Assembly (NCBI GenBank): GCA_002269645.1 | Contig: NIVC01005076.1 | Location: 1 to 26,946, forward strand | Length of the DNA: 26,946 nt | Direction: 5' to 3' | From: Macrostomum lignano | Taxonomy: Eukaryota | Shown: in pieces, positions 23,566 to 26,946 of the stretch | How positions within the stretch are numbered: position 1 is the first letter of the stretch | Layout of the letters: every line of letters starts with the position of its first letter | Notes under the pieces: model-generated | Databases searched by the model: none | What the model was told of the DNA's origin: nothing | The model's input: the letters and a program-made list of their open reading frames with translations, nothing else | Made by a program: the position numbers and the translations under genes

Positions 23566-24195
23566 TCCACTTCTTTACCCTCCACATCTTTACCCTCCAC
23601 ATCTTTACCCTCCACATCTTTACCCTCCATATCTTTACCCTCCACATCTTTACCCTACACATCTTTACCCTCCACATCTTTACCCTCCATATCTTTACCC
23701 TCTACATCTTTACCCTACACATCTTTACCCTCCACATCTTTACCCTACACATCTTTACCCTCCACATCTTCATCCTCCACATCTTTACCCTCCATATCTT
23801 TACCCTCCACATCTTTACCCTCCATATTTTTACCCTTCACATCTTTACCCTACACTTATTTACCCTCCACATCTTTACCCTCTACGTCTTCAGCCTCCAC
23901 ATCTTTACCCTCCACATCTTTACCCTCCACATCTTTACCCTCTACGTCTTTACCCTCCATATCTTTACCCTCTACGTCTTCACCCTCCACATCTTTACCC
24001 TCCACATCTTTACCCTCCACATCTTTACCCTCCACATATTTACCCTCTACGTCTTCACCCTCCATATCTTTACCCTCTACGTATTCACCCTCCATATCTT
24101 TACCCTCCACATCTTTACCCTCCACATCTTTACCCTCCATATTTTTACCCTTCACATCTTTACCCTACACTTACTTACCCCAACCACATCTTTAT
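23566..24195. repeat. 15-bp minisatellite (TCCACATCTTTACCC), ~41 copies
   Basis: Strict 15-bp period with substitutions only; pyrimidine-rich on the + strand. Confidence 0.97.
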
Positions 24196-24460
24196 CCCCG
24201 CTATATATTTATCTTTCAATTAATGCCATCCACTCTCTAAGAATCAATCTCTACTCCAACAAAAGATTTGAATTAGTTATTACTGTGCGTCTACCATGGT
24301 CAAATGGAGCACCAGGACGCTGTACCCAGAAATGCATTGGCGAGATGGGAATTTTTCTGTTTTTAGATCGAAAAATTCCCAAAATATCTCACCTTCGATC
24401 TGGACTTCCGAATTCGAAATGAGGCTGAGTGATGAGAGAAGAGAGGAGAAGGCAAGAGAA

Positions 24461-24566
24461 GTGATGAGAGCAGAGATGGAAGATAAGACAAGAGAGTGAT
24501 GAGAGCAGAGATGGAAGATAAGACAAGAGAGTGATGAGAGCAGAGATGGAAGATAAGACAAGAGAG
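24461..24566. repeat. 35-bp tandem triplication within a purine-rich tract (~24429-24600)
   Basis: GTGATGAGAGCAGAGATGGAAGATAAGACAAGAGA starts at 24461, 24496 and 24531. Confidence 0.93.
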
Positions 24567-25565
24567 GGAAGAGAGGAGAGATAAGAGGGGAGAGAAGAGA
24601 CGCAAACCTTGAGCGGGCCGAATAGCTATTTTAAAGTTTCAAAAGACCCGAGGTCCGGATAGAGAGGAAAATAAACGAAAGAGCGAACATGAAACAATAT
24701 TTTGCTCACTAAAGCCCGCTACTTTTTGTAAAGCAAGCCAATCTTTTCGAATTTTACGAGTAGAGAGGCTTCACGGGCGTTAAACATTTTCTTGACTAAA
24801 TGTTCGAATAAATCTTGGACAAAACCCATGCTTGCTTCATTTGGAATTCAGAAGTCGAGAAGGGGGAGACATTGGCGATTCAGTGTTAAAGCAGGGGCGT
24901 AGCGAGGGGGGTATCGGTGTATCGGCCGATACCCCCAAATTTCCAAAGCAAAAATTTTTTTATTTACTTTTTTTAGTTGCAAGTGACCGTTAAGGAAGAG
25001 AAAGGTATCCGAATCGATAGAATAACAATTAACAAACGAATAAAGTGATTATATGTAATAGTATCATTAATAGCTTGTATGCATTAGAAATACATTAAGG
25101 CCTAAGGGGATGTGTGGATCTCAAGTCATTTCATTGCTTTCTTTGTACTCGTATAACTTGGTCCTTGGACAACTATCAACTATCAACTCATTCTCCCAAC
25201 CGACCAACCGACTATTAAGGGGTGAGGGGGGTGAGTGGATAACCGAGGGGGTGGCCGGGTGGGACTGGGGCGTGGCCCGTGGGCAGTCTGCCAGCTGAGC
25301 CAGTGGAATCAGTGATGAACGATGGGGTGGGTTGCCTGGCCAGTTTTCGCTGCAAAATGCATTAGCTTCTGAATTGTTTGAAAGAAGTCTGTCTTGAATT
25401 AACTAGAAATTAAAATTCAGGGGCCAGGGGGTGAAGGGTATATTATGTACAGAGGAGAGAACTAGAACTAGAAGGAAAGAAGGAGGAACTAAATAGGCAT
25501 GTACATTAAGAAAGACTAAGATGAGCATCTACGTCTGCCTGCTGACCCCACCATCCTGAGAAGAC

Positions 25566-25573
25566 TATAAAAA
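25566..25573 (+). promoter_or_regulatory. Candidate TATA box for the hAT transposase
   Basis: TATAAAAA(GG) fits the TATAWAWR consensus and lies 165 bp upstream of the ATG at 25731. A GC-box GGGGCGTGGC lies at 25267-25276. Confidence 0.35.
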
Positions 25574-26260
25574 GGGGAAGGAATAAGGAAAGAATTAACT
25601 ATAACCTCGCCTCCTCCAAGCCGTTTATTCTAAGGCCGTAAAGCCGTTTATTCTAAATCTAAGGCAGATTTTTTTATTTCTGGACTGGACTGCTACTAAA
25701 GTCTGCAAAAGAGTTCATGTGGAATTCAAAATGAGCAAGCGAAAATCTCATGGTCATGATATCCGCTCATTATTTGAGAACTTAAAGCGGTCCCGCCCTA
25801 ACCCTGATCCTGCGCTACTGTCTACGCCTAGTTCTAGCACTACACAGCCAGATTCATCTATTGTGTCTTGTGACACTGCTACTGGCAGTTTGCCCGACTT
25901 GGCTACTCCGAATTCAGTTCCAACAGCTCCCGAGCAACAACTGCAAGCTACTATTACTTCTTCAAGTCAGTTTGACGAGTCTGATCTCCAACATCAAGCA
26001 GATGAAGCAGCTGCTGAGACTGAGATCAATGTCAATGACATCGGCTATGCTGTTGAGCTTCGTCGCGATGGAAAGCTGGATACAGCTACTCGACTGCGAT
26101 TCCTTAAGGACTGTTGGGTGCCCCCACAAGGGTACTCATTCCCGTTCACGCTTAAATCTGATAAGGGCAATGTCCACAAGCGCTACTTGTCTCACCAACA
26201 TCTAACTGGTCGCAACGCATGCTTTGCGTATTCTGCTAAGCTCGGCGGCGTATTTTGCAA

Positions 26261-26460
26261 GTAAGTTAGAAGTTAATGTGAGTTTATTGATGTATTGCTA
26301 AATTGTACTCTTGACATCTGGATCTGGTCTTGAGGTACATGTATGGACCACAGATACTAGAACAACTCTAGTATCTAGTATCTAGTATCTAGTGTTCTAG
26401 TATCTGTGGTATGGACTTAATGCTCACTCCTACCATTCTAACCATTTCTTTCTCCTTTAG
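26261..26460 (+). other. 200-bp phase-2 spliceosomal intron in the transposase gene
   Basis: Donor AA|GTAAGT and acceptor TTTCTTTCTCCTTTAG|G. Splicing restores the zinc-finger CKYC motif in frame. Confidence 0.92.
26349..26408. mobile_element. 60-bp MITE with 16-bp TIRs and 8-bp TSD
   Basis: TIRs are CACAGATACTAGAACA (26349-26364) and TGTTCTAGTATCTGTG (26393-26408). GTATGGAC lies directly on both sides (26341-26348 and 26409-26416). Confidence 0.88.
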
Positions 26461-26946
26461 GTATTGCGTTCTATTTCTTCCGACCAACTTTGCCATCCAT
26501 GGACAAACAGTCGATGCCTTTGTGGGAACTCCATGCACTAAGTTCGATGTCATCACAACAAAGCTGAAGAAACATTTGCAATGTGACTACCACAGAAGTG
26601 ACTCTGTGATCAAAGCCGATGCCCTGCTATCTGGAACGAATGTTGGCCACATGCTGGATGTCAGTCGCCAAAGCTAGTGAAGGAAATAGGGAAAGACTAA
26701 AACACGTAATTGAACCAATTGAATTTCTCGCTCGCTGTGGTCTGGCTTTTCGAGACATCGACTGTGGACCTATTATCAGCCATTATCAGAGAAATTGCAG
26801 TGTGTAGATCTCGATCTTGTTGATTGTGTCAATGAAATTAAGGCTGTCATCGATGTTCTTCGAGATCTCCGCTCTGATGATGGCCATGTCCGTTACAATA
26901 AGATATTCGATTCTGCTGAGAAAGCACTCGGCGAGCCACTACAAAA

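Larger units (their letters stand above)
24892..26946 (+). mobile_element. hAT DNA transposon (Tip100/Zaphod-like), left end and transposase region, runs off the window
   Basis: CAGGGGCGTAGCGAGGGGGG at 24892 resembles the TIRs of this hAT group. It is followed by a subterminal hairpin (GGGGGTATCGG 24907-24917 / CCGATACCCCC 24926-24936), and a hAT transposase reading frame starts ~840 bp downstream. The partner TIR is not in the window. Confidence 0.72.
25731..26946 (+). pseudogene. hAT transposase (TTF-type zinc finger + DUF4371-type start; ZMYM1/THAP12-like family), spliced, frameshifted, internally deleted
   Basis: Exon 1 (25731-26260) reads MSKRK...NDIGYAV...CWVPPQGYSFP...FAYSAKLGGVFC. 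Exon 2 from 26461 completes GGVFCKYCVLF...KLKKHLQCDYH. After a shift at ~26670, frame 3 gives NRERLKHVIEPIEFLARCGLAFRD. From ~26777, frame 2 gives QPLSEKLQCVDLDLVDCVNEIKAVIDVLRDLR, a later hAT motif. Confidence 0.88.

Noticed and set aside
24713-24723. AGCCCGCTACT match to the 118-bp monomer
   Set aside because: A single 11-bp match with no extension, compatible with chance.
25861-26205. 114-aa alternative-frame ORF inside hAT exon 1
   Set aside because: An overlapping frame of the transposase exon with no independent motif.

Overview
Eukaryotic, probably invertebrate, repeat-dense DNA with no intact host gene that I can support. The eukaryotic call rests on a spliceosomal intron and on animal-type transposon families. 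About 65% of the window is tandem repeat: a nearly invariant 118-bp satellite (~111.6 copies, 8598-21764), 21-, 23-, 37-, 19-, 12-, 15- and 35-bp minisatellites, and a ~765-bp (GATA)n tract. Between the arrays lie decayed pieces of four transposon superfamilies: a Ty3/Gypsy integrase 3' end (1-567), a P-element/THAP9-like transposase C-terminus (3796-4342), a Tc1 transposase C-terminus (minus strand, 4711-4967), and the left part of a hAT (Tip100/Zaphod-like, TTF zinc finger + DUF4371-type) element from 24892 to the window end. The hAT element has a 200-bp intron and appears internally deleted. The cleanest unexpected structure is a 60-bp MITE (16-bp TIRs, perfect 8-bp TSD) inside that intron. 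Family assignments come from motif recognition by eye, not database searches. I do not see evidence for a new multi-gene biological system; the interesting signals are structural.
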